This document shows positions 1 to 10,700 of a stretch of DNA of 64,000 nt, one piece after another. Numbering within the stretch: position 1 is the stretch's first letter; each line of letters begins with the position of its first letter. Both the position numbers and the translations under genes were made by a program. The notes under the pieces were generated by a model. The model made no database searches. It was not told the origin of the DNA and saw only the letters and a list, made by a program, of their open reading frames with translations. This DNA is from a virus. Lineage: Duplodnaviria > Caudoviricetes. The stretch is taken from positions 28,999 through 92,998 of the IMG/VR virus record IMGVR_UViG_3300025429_000009; one strand, 5' to 3'.

Positions 1-1
1 G

Positions 2-73
2 TTGATGACTGGTAGCGGTGGCCTTGCAACAAACGCAGCGAGCATATCAGGATTGCCATCAAATGGGGCTTAA
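2..73 (+). CDS. 3' end of upstream tail/baseplate gene (partial)
   Basis: Open frame LMTGSGGLATNAASISGLPSNGA* ends at TAA 71-73 and overlaps the ATG at 63 of the next gene. Confidence 0.55.
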   Translation: MMTGSGGLATNAASISGLPSNGA

Positions 74-3000
74 CGATTACTTAGGACAATCAGGAACGTT
101 TATCTACTCACCCGACATCAGTGTCGCTGTGAGCACGATAGACAACGGCATTATAGATATCTCGAACGACATCATTAATTTTACCTTAGACAGAGAAATC
201 AACCAAGTAAGCACGTTCACTGCTACACTGAATAATCCAGGCAGAAAATACGTACTGCAAAATCAAAATGGTAATCGTTTGATTAGCACGATGGATAGAA
301 TCACAGTGTTCTTAAAGAGAACGAACTGGGTTCAATGCTTTACTGGTTATATTACATACGCACCATTGCTGACGTTACAGCCAGTGCCAGTTACTATTAC
401 TGCTAACTGCACACTTCGCATCCTTCAGGTCACCTATTGGGATGACACACTTATTGCTTACCAGCAGTTGCTGCTAAATGCGACTGACCAGGCAGCAGTT
501 GGATCAGCGGCTACAGTTACAGATGGTGGTGTTGGCCAAGCAGTGGTTAATGTTTTGTATAAGGTTTGTGGATGGAACCCTAACGCCATTCACATTCAAA
601 GCCTTCCTCCTAACTTCATTAGTTTTGCTGCTGAAACATATATTCAACAGTTGTCTAGCGGTGACTTGGATCAAAACGCCATCGCTGAGCTCAGCCAGAT
701 ACTTAGTGTTAAAGGTATCTCTAGCGGTAATAGTGTGCAAACTGGTGGTTATGCATACGGTTCAACAGAAACGCTTAATAATTCTAAAGCACCAACAGGT
801 ACTTCTGTAACTGCATCAAAAGCAGTGCCGTTTATAACTTCTCCTATTGCTGGTGGCAAACAAAATCACCCAGGGCCAAACACATTAAATCCTGTAAACC
901 AAAAACTTATAGAAGAAGACATTTATTATTGCTCAGCCCCATGGTCTTACCTGCAATACCAAATTACCCCTAGCCTTACACCTTCCGGCAGACAAAGCTA
1001 TCAAAAGATACAAGACCAAGCTAAATCATGGCTAGCAGATAACTGGTCAACTGGAAATAATGACGGTCGTTTGCTTGTTGTGTACAACCAAAAGACTGAT
1101 AATGCTGTCGCCGTAAGAGCGACAAGCATCCCACAGGTGCCTAACACATCAGCAAATGGCTATGCAGTTTATGACGACAAAGCAGATTATTTTCAACTGC
1201 ACCCAAGCGTTGTGGCTTACTTAAACGGTACGGTATCAGAGCCATCTAAGTGGAATAGAACAGATGACCCTGGAGCTTCTTACGTAAGCTTCTCGTGGGC
1301 AGACATGAACAAGATCAACACAGCTGGTGTTATACCAAGTCCAAGTACAACGGTGCTCAGTGGTATTGCTGGTGTTGCCAATCCAAATATTGGCGACTCA
1401 TCTGACCCGTTGGTTATTACTGGTGTTCTCCAAACTCTTGTAAGCAACCTGTTGGGGCAAGTAGGTGACAAATACACAGAAAATACTGCGCCAAAACTAG
1501 GTTACACAAGAGATAACCCAGGCAAACCAGGAACGGGAACAGGATCGTTTGACTGCTCGGGTCTTGCATGGTGGGGGTACTCAACGATTGGTATTCATCT
1601 AGGTGGTACCAAACACGCTGGTACTACATGGTCAGAATGCGGGCCAGTAGATGGTAGCCAAGCTGATAAGTATGGTGCATGGACACCAAACACTCAACAA
1701 CCAGCTTTGGGAGACCTTGTTTTCTGGGAAGTAACCGGAGATAGCGGAAGTGCGCCACAGCACGTATCTATTCTCATTACTAATTTTGGTGATCCAGGGC
1801 CACAAGGCACGCATTTTGCTGGTACTCGTGGCGATCCTGATGTTGCTTACTTGATTGAAGCATCTCATGGTGGTTCTAGTAGTGCTGATCAAAATCCATC
1901 GTATGGTGATCCTGTTTATTACAACAGCAATAACCTTGGACCCAACGTTCAGCAAATTAGATGGAGTTCTATCGCCAATGGTAAATGGTTGCCATGGGGG
2001 ATGAGAGTTATTGGATATCGTAGTCCTATTACTTTGCACCCTAGTTGGACCAGTGCACAACTTCAGCAGCTTTCAATAACTTCTTCGTCGTTAGATAACA
2101 TTCAGGCAGTTGGTACTAGCACTGGTACAAACCCATCCACCACTGCACCTGGGCAGAGCAACCCCAACAATCCATCTAATCCAACAGGAACAGCGAGCTC
2201 GAGCACGCTTAATCCCACAGTTGGCACTGCTTCGGGCACTCAACAACAAAGAGTTTCCTCAACGTTTGCTGGTGCATATAGCAACCTTATGCAGCCACCG
2301 CAGTTTGACGTTAGAGCCTCAATGCTAGCTGGTACGCCAAGAGCATTTTTGCTTGACAAACCTGTCATGAATGACATTTCTCAGATCATGGGTGCTGGTT
2401 TGCGTTCATACCAGAGCGCACCAAATGGTGACTTTGTTGCTTGGTTCCCTGATTATTACGGTGTATATGGCACAGACCCTGTTATGGAAATTAGCCCAGT
2501 GGAGATTCTGGATTTCCAGATCTATCATGATGACAACCAGTTGACTACCCACGTCGGTGTTGTAGGTGACACAAACGGTATTGGTTCTCAAGTTAGCTCA
2601 GCTGACTACCTAAACACCAACGGTATCGTTAGCATCCAGGATGGCACCACTGCACAGATGTTGTTTGGTAAGCAAAGCCCCAATAGTAAAGCAAAAGGTA
2701 AAGCCAAAAAGAATGACAAGAATGGTGCTATGAACAACTTATCTGCATTGTCATTCTTGGGTAAGTATGGCATGAGACCTTTGGTCCAAGAGCAGCAGAT
2801 GATTCACAGTACAACTCTTGAATATATGTATGCTCTGTACACATTTATGAACCAATGGGGTAACCAGTTCGCAAGCAATGTTACCTTTACGTTCATGCCG
2901 GAGTTATACCCAGGCATGAGAATCTCAATAACCATGCCAAATGGCACCAACGTCCCAGACCAGTACAACTTCTATGTCACAGCAGTCACACACACCGGAG

Positions 3001-3089
3001 ACTTTACAGGTGGTTTCACCACACAAGCAACTTTGACTGCGCCAATGGCCAATGGAAATATTATGCACTACGGATTGGATCTGGCATAA
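63..3089 (+). CDS. Baseplate hub / tail-associated lysin with NlpC/P60 peptidase domain
   Basis: N-terminal hub-like region (INFTLDREINQVSTFTATLNNP); NlpC/P60 motifs FDCSGL, GDLVFW, HVSI, EAS; hub-type C-terminus (FMPELYPGMRI...YVTAVTH). ATG 63 is preferred over GTG 18 because it couples to the upstream stop. Confidence 0.8.
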   Translation: MGLNDYLGQSGTFIYSPDISVAVSTIDNGIIDISNDIINFTLDREINQVSTFTATLNNPGRKYVLQNQNGNRLISTMDRITVFLKRTNWVQCFTGYITYAPLLTLQPVPVTITANCTLRILQVTYWDDTLIAYQQLLLNATDQAAVGSAATVTDGGVGQAVVNVLYKVCGWNPNAIHIQSLPPNFISFAAETYIQQLSSGDLDQNAIAELSQILSVKGISSGNSVQTGGYAYGSTETLNNSKAPTGTSVTASKAVPFITSPIAGGKQNHPGPNTLNPVNQKLIEEDIYYCSAPWSYLQYQITPSLTPSGRQSYQKIQDQAKSWLADNWSTGNNDGRLLVVYNQKTDNAVAVRATSIPQVPNTSANGYAVYDDKADYFQLHPSVVAYLNGTVSEPSKWNRTDDPGASYVSFSWADMNKINTAGVIPSPSTTVLSGIAGVANPNIGDSSDPLVITGVLQTLVSNLLGQVGDKYTENTAPKLGYTRDNPGKPGTGTGSFDCSGLAWWGYSTIGIHLGGTKHAGTTWSECGPVDGSQADKYGAWTPNTQQPALGDLVFWEVTGDSGSAPQHVSILITNFGDPGPQGTHFAGTRGDPDVAYLIEASHGGSSSADQNPSYGDPVYYNSNNLGPNVQQIRWSSIANGKWLPWGMRVIGYRSPITLHPSWTSAQLQQLSITSSSLDNIQAVGTSTGTNPSTTAPGQSNPNNPSNPTGTASSSTLNPTVGTASGTQQQRVSSTFAGAYSNLMQPPQFDVRASMLAGTPRAFLLDKPVMNDISQIMGAGLRSYQSAPNGDFVAWFPDYYGVYGTDPVMEISPVEILDFQIYHDDNQLTTHVGVVGDTNGIGSQVSSADYLNTNGIVSIQDGTTAQMLFGKQSPNSKAKGKAKKNDKNGAMNNLSALSFLGKYGMRPLVQEQQMIHSTTLEYMYALYTFMNQWGNQFASNVTFTFMPELYPGMRISITMPNGTNVPDQYNFYVTAVTHTGDFTGGFTTQATLTAPMANGNIMHYGLDLA

Positions 3090-3886
3090 TGAGCGTTTCA
3101 GGAAAGCAATACGATCCTAACAGTGGCGTTCGTCGAGTTATATTGACGACATACCCGGAGCTTCACCCGTTTAGCAAGGTACAGGGCGCACCACAGAATT
3201 ACTACTGTAAAGCAGTAGATATGAAAGGTTTTCAGATCGAGGTTGACCTCCAGGCATACCCAGCTGGTGTAACTCTTGATCAGATTGAACCAAACCAGGT
3301 GTGGTGGGTAGAAAAGCGCACATCTTTGTACCGTTTGTACCTATACGCTGGCACGTACAACCCACAAACGCGTCAGATCGATAGCACAGGTTTGTTGCCT
3401 AATGATACAACTGCTAAGTATTACGCTAATTACTACAGCACTGTAACCCAAACAGCCCCTTTAGCTAATACACCATATGCGACTACCTATAACGCAACAT
3501 CAGATGCTAATGGTTTCAGTGTAGACTCTACGGGTAGTAAAATTACAGCACAGTATGCAGGTACATACCAATTTGTTTTTACAGCACAAGTAATCAACTA
3601 CAACTCTTCTGGTTCTGCTACAAATAATCTTTCTTTCTGGTCTAGAATGAATGGTATTGATGTACCCTGGAGTGCCGGTGAGTACACAGTTTTTTCTAAA
3701 GGTGGTGGAGTTACTCCAGGCCTTGTAGTAGGTTGGAATTTTATTACAGAAATGAATGCTGGAGATTACGTTCAATTAATGTGGGGTGTAGATAACTCCA
3801 GTAACTATCTACAACTTGTAGCTCAACCAAGCCCTCCATATGGTCCAGCAATACCATCTGTAACAATTACAGCACAGCAAATATAA
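3089..3886 (+). CDS. Baseplate spike/tail protein with C-terminal C1q/BclA-like beta-sandwich
   Basis: Lies between hub and gp25-like genes; ITAQYAGTYQFVFTAQV...MNAGDYVQLMW is typical of C1q-like domains. Confidence 0.55.
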   Translation: MSVSGKQYDPNSGVRRVILTTYPELHPFSKVQGAPQNYYCKAVDMKGFQIEVDLQAYPAGVTLDQIEPNQVWWVEKRTSLYRLYLYAGTYNPQTRQIDSTGLLPNDTTAKYYANYYSTVTQTAPLANTPYATTYNATSDANGFSVDSTGSKITAQYAGTYQFVFTAQVINYNSSGSATNNLSFWSRMNGIDVPWSAGEYTVFSKGGGVTPGLVVGWNFITEMNAGDYVQLMWGVDNSSNYLQLVAQPSPPYGPAIPSVTITAQQI

Positions 3887-3918
3887 TGTACTACAACCTT
3901 TATTTTGCATAAGATATT

Positions 3919-4368
3919 ATGAAGACTATTACAGTTAGCAACGGTGACATACAACTAAGCAATGGTAAGATCCAGTTTTCATATGGTTCAGACAAGCTAG
4001 TTCAAGACATACAAAGATGGTTGACTGAGCCATTGGGTACTGGATTCACAACACCTGGTTTTGGTAGCCTTTTGCCCGGCATGATTGGCCAAGGGCAAAG
4101 TAGCTCAACAATAACTAATGTTACTAGCGAAATTAATAGAGTATTGCAGCTTTACCAGGGCCAACAGATTCAAAGCCTACAGCAGTCGCAGAATACCGGT
4201 CAGCTTGCTTACTGGAACAAAAGCGAAATCATTCAAAACATCGCTTCAGTAAACGTTAGTATACAAAACACAACAGTCTATGCTAATATAAGTTTATTGA
4301 CTTTAGCAAATAGCACAGTTAATCTTTCTGTGCTTATTAACAAAAATGGAGTTAACGTAAATGGCTGA
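3919..4368 (+). CDS. Baseplate wedge subunit, gp25/GPW-like
   Basis: 149 aa; KLVQDI..WL.EPLG...PGFGSLL motif; directly precedes the baseplate J-like gene. Confidence 0.75.
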   Translation: MKTITVSNGDIQLSNGKIQFSYGSDKLVQDIQRWLTEPLGTGFTTPGFGSLLPGMIGQGQSSSTITNVTSEINRVLQLYQGQQIQSLQQSQNTGQLAYWNKSEIIQNIASVNVSIQNTTVYANISLLTLANSTVNLSVLINKNGVNVNG

Positions 4369-6808
4369 TACAACAGGAGTGCTAGCTAGGCTTCAGGCCG
4401 CCCTTTCTGTCTACGACCCAACCTGGGACGTTAGCGTAGGAAGCGCAACGTACAAGATCCTTGAATCAGTTGCACAAGAAATCGCTATTGCTAATAATAA
4501 CTCTGTCCTGCAGTCATACAGCTATGACATTACAACCAAGGCTGGTTCTGATCTTGACTCGTTTACCAGCCTGTTCGGTGTGTACAGACAGCTTGGTAAA
4601 AGAGCAACTGGTATTGTAACTTTTAACATTGGTGCAGCAACCAACTCAGTTATTGACATCCCAATTGGTACGCAGGTTGCTGTCCCAATTGGCAATGGTT
4701 ACACATCAGCCATCTATTTTTCTACGATTACACCCGCTATCATTGGTATTGGTGATACTTCTGTAGACGTTCCAGTTTCTTGTACGATCGCTGGCATCGT
4801 TGGTAATGTTCCAGCTGGTGCAATCACCACACTTGTAAGCAGCCTTATGAGCGTTACTTCGGTGACCAATTCTAACCAAACTTCTGGTGGGCTTGAGCCA
4901 GAGAGCGATACAGCACTAAGAGCAAGATGGCAAAATACAGCATTTAGCAACACAACTGGTACATACGGCAAGTACAACCTTACAGCACAGCAGAACCCCA
5001 ACGTAAATCTTGTTAACACAGTTGGAACTCAGATGTATTACAGCGAGCAGTTGCAAGTTTTAGCTTCTGTCAGTGGCACTGGTCCAGCAACCTTCTGTTA
5101 CGTTGCTTACAGCGGTATGACAGTGAACACTAGCTCAGGAACTGTTACGTACTCAGGTGCGCCAACCGTTGTTGCTTACAGTGGTTTCTCTTCAGGTGCA
5201 AGCAGCACTGCCGTTGCCTCTGGCCTCCAAGCCCTGCTCAGCGGTATAGCACCGTCATACTACATTACTATATCTTCAACAAATCCATCGAACACTATTA
5301 CGAACGGCTTCAGCCTTTCTTACAGCAATACTAGCCCGTACCGTTTGATCCTTGGTAGTGGTAATACGATTCCTGGTAACAGCGTTACAACTAGCGGTGT
5401 TACTACCATCAGCGGTACGTCATTCACCACGTATGTCCAAAGTGCTAACCCAGACATCGGTGTGTCGGGAACGATGTCTTACAATGGTGCATTCAATGGG
5501 GCACTGTACCCTGAAGGCAATGAGCTCGTTGGTGTAAACCTTAACTCATTTAATCAAGCTACGTTTGCTCTTACAACTGATTATGTTTACCCAAACAACC
5601 CAACGCCTCAGTTGACTATTAACTTGCCAAACGGCAGCAATAATTCAGCAATGTTTGTTGGTAGCAACATCCAAGTTATTTCTGAGTACATTCCTGCTTG
5701 CAGCAGATCTACTTCAGTTGCTAGCGGTAATTATGTTGATATTTTTATCAATGGTACAACATCTTCATCGGCATACGAACAAGCAGTGTTCAACCCATCT
5801 TTTACACTGTCGTCAGGCAACAGCAACCCCATGCTGAATACGGTGAACTATACAGTTGCTAGCGGTAACGTTGCTGCAACTATCACCGGTACAACAGGTG
5901 ATTACTATGTGCCATTGGATGTGCAACCAGTGATTAACTTCCCATCACAGTTGAACTTGTCTACCAGTGGTGTAGCGGATACATTCTTCTTGTTCAACAA
6001 CACAACTGGTAGCGGTTACACATACCCAATTGCTTTGAACAAGTATCCATATGTTGTTTTTTCTGGGACAGCAGCTAGTGGAACAAACTTTATTTCTGTA
6101 AACAACGCCAGTGGCTTTCTTTACCCAGGTTTGGCTTTGGCCAGCGGTATTGCGACATCAGGAACGCAGTACTTTATTAGCAGTGTAAGTAGCAGCGGTG
6201 TGTATCTGAACCAAACTGTTTCAAACAATGGTGCCCCCACAACTACTACTTTCAGCGGTAAAGCAATAGCGTATCCAATCTATGACACCACGGATAATAA
6301 GAATAGTACCCTACAAACCACAGCAATTGCTATTGACTCGACTACGCCACCAAACGGTTGGCCATCTTTGCCAACGAATGCATCTGTTGTTACATACAAC
6401 CATGGGTACAATAGCGACGTCGTATCTGTTGGAACACTAATTCAACAGAGTAGACCTTTTGGTACTAATACTCTTGTGCATCAAGCTAGTTTCATACCGC
6501 TAATAATCAATGCAAATATTGTGTTTAGTAGCAACTACACACCAAGCATTGTTCAAACAAATATTAGCAACCAATTGAGCAACTACTTTGGTAATTTTAA
6601 CTATCTGGGCACAATTTCTTTCAATGCAATCGCCAACCAGATTCTTTCTGCCCCAGGCGTTGCTAACGTAAAAATCACTAGCATCAACACAACATCTGTT
6701 GATGGTACTATCGTTAACACATTCGCTAAGGATTTTATCCTTGCAAGCAATCAGCTGCCATCACTTTACAACGTTGTATACACAGTCAAGGGAGCTAGTA
6801 CTTTCTAA
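4361..6808 (+). CDS. Baseplate J-like wedge protein with large Ser/Gly/Thr-rich insertion
   Basis: GSDLDSF..LFGVYR...ATG.VTF, IPIGTQV, GIVGNVPAGAITTL, VTN...SGGLEPESDTALRAR are baseplate J hallmarks. Confidence 0.88.
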   Translation: MADTTGVLARLQAALSVYDPTWDVSVGSATYKILESVAQEIAIANNNSVLQSYSYDITTKAGSDLDSFTSLFGVYRQLGKRATGIVTFNIGAATNSVIDIPIGTQVAVPIGNGYTSAIYFSTITPAIIGIGDTSVDVPVSCTIAGIVGNVPAGAITTLVSSLMSVTSVTNSNQTSGGLEPESDTALRARWQNTAFSNTTGTYGKYNLTAQQNPNVNLVNTVGTQMYYSEQLQVLASVSGTGPATFCYVAYSGMTVNTSSGTVTYSGAPTVVAYSGFSSGASSTAVASGLQALLSGIAPSYYITISSTNPSNTITNGFSLSYSNTSPYRLILGSGNTIPGNSVTTSGVTTISGTSFTTYVQSANPDIGVSGTMSYNGAFNGALYPEGNELVGVNLNSFNQATFALTTDYVYPNNPTPQLTINLPNGSNNSAMFVGSNIQVISEYIPACSRSTSVASGNYVDIFINGTTSSSAYEQAVFNPSFTLSSGNSNPMLNTVNYTVASGNVAATITGTTGDYYVPLDVQPVINFPSQLNLSTSGVADTFFLFNNTTGSGYTYPIALNKYPYVVFSGTAASGTNFISVNNASGFLYPGLALASGIATSGTQYFISSVSSSGVYLNQTVSNNGAPTTTTFSGKAIAYPIYDTTDNKNSTLQTTAIAIDSTTPPNGWPSLPTNASVVTYNHGYNSDVVSVGTLIQQSRPFGTNTLVHQASFIPLIINANIVFSSNYTPSIVQTNISNQLSNYFGNFNYLGTISFNAIANQILSAPGVANVKITSINTTSVDGTIVNTFAKDFILASNQLPSLYNVVYTVKGASTF

Positions 6809-7764
6809 TGGCTGGTAATAACTTCCCCGTACAGCTGCACTCTACCTTCTTCAAGAAGGTAAGTAATTTCCCAGTTGATATCTACAACTTCAATGACGGT
6901 GATAATTTAACCACATTGATGCAGATACTTTTGGGTAACAGTGGTACAGGCCAGCTTAGAAACATCCAAACAGCAGCAAGAATTACACAAGAGATTCTTG
7001 AGTTTAGCGACCTAGATCAAATTTTGGGCACTTTGCTTAATGTCAGCAGAGTATCATCAGAAGTGTATAGCTTTCCTACCAATCCTTTTATTGATCAACT
7101 GACTAGCTCTCAATGGCAAGAGATCATTACTAAAGACGCTAGTTACAGAGAAAGACTACTGGGTGCAGCTGAAAGCTACCAGCTTGGCCCAAATCTTTGG
7201 GGTCTTCTTACCCTCTGCGAAGCACTAACACAAACCAAGTTTTATGCAGTAGAGTCATGGAGAACGCCCGGTTACGGCAGAACCGGTCTTAATCCAGCTA
7301 GAGAAATTGTATTTATCCCATTGCTTGACAGTGCTACTGCTAGTGGATTCTTTTCTTTTAATCAGTACCAAAAGCAAACGATCCTTAATACAATGCAAAA
7401 CCTTTTGCCAATGAACTACCAAGTTAGTTTTGGCAGCCCAATACAGACGTTTACACAAGTATCTGGTTCGTACACAACAGCAAGCGGTTACTCAGAATCA
7501 TATTACCTTCAGCCAACAGTAACAACTTCTACCGTTAATTCACCTTCTAATATCCAGCTTGGCAGTGCAACTAGATATTGGATTAAGAACAACAATCAAA
7601 ATGTTGCACCAAACTTTGCACACCTTCAAACAGAAGAAACTTCTATTGACTTGACAGGAAATATTATTTCTGTCACTAGTACTTCTGACACGACTGGCAA
7701 CTTAGTGTTTAGCGTTGCCCCTCCTTCTATAACTGTTACATCAACAATATATGGTGGACAATAA
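6808..7764 (+). CDS. Baseplate wedge protein (gpI-like position)
   Basis: Follows J-like gene; DASYRERL...GP...GL motif typical of gpI-type wedge proteins. Confidence 0.6.
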   Translation: MAGNNFPVQLHSTFFKKVSNFPVDIYNFNDGDNLTTLMQILLGNSGTGQLRNIQTAARITQEILEFSDLDQILGTLLNVSRVSSEVYSFPTNPFIDQLTSSQWQEIITKDASYRERLLGAAESYQLGPNLWGLLTLCEALTQTKFYAVESWRTPGYGRTGLNPAREIVFIPLLDSATASGFFSFNQYQKQTILNTMQNLLPMNYQVSFGSPIQTFTQVSGSYTTASGYSESYYLQPTVTTSTVNSPSNIQLGSATRYWIKNNNQNVAPNFAHLQTEETSIDLTGNIISVTSTSDTTGNLVFSVAPPSITVTSTIYGGQ

Positions 7765-10700
7765 TGCCTATCCTGCCCAACACATCTAACCCACTAAAGC
7801 AATACGTAACAGCGGGAAGCCCACCGCCATTGACAGTTGATGGGCTTGTATACAGCAGCATCTATGCAAATACTGGTGTTGTTGACTCGCTTACCAATAC
7901 CAACACTACTGGCTATACAGACCCAAATTTTAATACGCTTAGCCAGTCAAATGCTTCTACCACTTTTGACAAATACCAAACAGGTCAATGGTTCTCGAGC
8001 ACTGATTTTGGTGGGCCAAACAGCGCACCAATTGTTATCACGTACAGCCTTGTAAACACAACGTATTATAATTTAATTAGTTTTGCAGCACTCAACGTAC
8101 CCTGTTTTATTGAATTGCTTGATCAAAACTTGAATGCTTTGCCAGGATCATCAACGTTTATTGTGCCTGGCGGTAGCGACATCTTTACTACGACTGATTG
8201 GTTAAACCTTCAATACAGTGCACCGAGTACGTTGACTGGCGTTACGAGCATTAACCTGCGCATTACTCGCAATAAGACCGTTCAAGTTAATAACCCAATC
8301 TATGGTCTTGCTGACGTAGCTTATTCTGTTGGCCTTAAGGGTTTTAGAATCAAGCTAAACGTCCAAAGCATTACAGACATCCCATCTGCAGTCGTTAGTG
8401 GAACAACAAGCATCGTTACACAAAACAAATGGGGGCTTGTAGAAAGTTATTCTTACCAAAAGAATGCTGTATCTAACATCTTTTCCAATAATTCATCGTA
8501 TTGGAAGAGTGGACCTCAGCCAGTAGCTGATGCTGTTGTTTTCTTCTATGCACAGGTTAGCGACCCCAACACTACAGCAATAAATCGCCTGTATATTGAC
8601 CCTATCTATAGTGGTTGCAAATTTAATATCTACTACACAACTGCATCAACTTCAGGGAATACTATTGATCCAGGAAACTTTACGTGGACTCCTATCAATA
8701 GAGACTTTACCCTTAGGAAGGGTATATACGATATCCCCACCATCAACTGTACGTACCTAAAGTTTGAGTTCACTCAACTCATTCCTGAAGTATATGACTT
8801 GCCGTTTGACTCTATTCAACGAACAATCAATGTTTTCCCGCTGGACGTAGAAAATTTTTATCAGTCTCTTGAAAACAGCATTATAGACGCTAATTCTGTA
8901 AAGTACTCAACACTTACAAGTAAGATGGCTAACCAAACCGGTAATAATGGACTAAACATCTCAACACGTTTTGGTGTTTCTTCTAGCACAATGGCAAATA
9001 AGAACACATGGCCTAGTATCGGTGCACTTAACCAATCACAACTTGGTGCAGCTGTGACACAAGGCTTGAACAGTTCTTCGCAGATTATTGATCCAAGTAA
9101 AAGCTATAAGTTACTTGATCAGAATGGTAACTATAACGGGTCTACTTACACGCAATTCCTTCAAAGAAGATTCCCATACGCTGAGCAACACAGCTATAAC
9201 CAGATCAACATAAACCAAACATGGCACCAAGCATATTTTACTGGCATACGTTATCTTACGTTCTTTTTTGAAAACACTTATGATGACCTGCGCGGTACGC
9301 CGTACAACCTTTTTGCTAAGAACGGAACAAACAGTGGTTTTTCCACACAAGATGTAAATTATGTAGGTCTTAATCTAGATGACACTGCAACAACCCCATG
9401 GTTCTCAACCATTGATTCGTTTAAAAGCTTTAACATAGGTGGTCTTACAACCGACTGGAGAAGCTTCCTCACGCAGGGCAACCCAATTTCGTTAGACAAC
9501 ACTCTAATGAACAACCTCAACTCTGCACAGCTTGCTAGCATGCAGATCTATTCAACACTAACCAAATATGGATCGCTTGGTAAGTCTACGGTATATACAG
9601 TTAGCGGTATATCAGGTACACAATATGGTCTAAAATCAGCACCATATCAATACGGCAACAACATCATGAATTACTATGATGCCAATTTTATACCTGTATC
9701 AGGTTCTCTCAACTGGAAACCTGTAGGATCAACTAATGTTACTAGCACCGCTGTTGCTTGGGTTAGCGGTACGGCCAGCGGCACAGTTAGCGGTATAACC
9801 GTATCCGGTGGATCAAATGCTGCAACGTATAACTTCACTATCCCCACTGTTTATACGCCCAGTGGTTCTACAGCTTGGACTGTTCAGCTTGGATCGCAAG
9901 CTTACGGTACTGTTGGTTACGCTTCATATGCACCAGGTAGCGGTGTAAACTACTACTTCCTTGCGACGTTGCAGTCTTCTGGTATAACAAACGTGTCAAT
10001 GTACACACAATTTATCAATGCAACAACCAGTGGAGTAATTCCAGGGACTACCGTGTCCGGTGGTCTAGTGCAGTTAAACAATACTGTATCGGGTCTGGTT
10101 ACGATCACAGGAACTAACTACACAGTTAGTGGCCTACCCAGCAATACTATTCAAGTTGTTCTTAGCGGTAGTGCCAACAATGTTCCTTATCAGGTATATG
10201 AAGCAGGTGTTTTTCAGTCGCCAACATCAACATGGGTAACACCATCTGACAGAACAAAGATGCGTGTAAGTGGTGCTGTCAGAGTGTTCTTGCCAGGTAC
10301 AAACAAAGGCACATATAGAGCAAGTCTTTATGGAGTTGACACATACGGCAACACCACTGAGATAGCGTATAAGACCTACGGGTCCTTTAACATGCCATTG
10401 AATACGTGGTTCGATATTGAACTACAATCGTACACAACATATGACTACGTATCGTTCTATACACAACTTATCCAGACAAACACATCTGTACAAGAGATAA
10501 TCTACGTTAGTATGATCGCACCGTTCTATCACCCAGTTAGATATGAGTTCGCCACCACTAGCGGTGGTACAGGTGGTTGGTATCCAATCGTCGAAGGTGT
10601 GAACAACCCCAATTACTTCATCTCAACAACATCAGGTCTGACTGCCAGCGGTATCCAAATCCGTATGACAGCACTGGATCCAAATGTTTTTATCTCAGGC

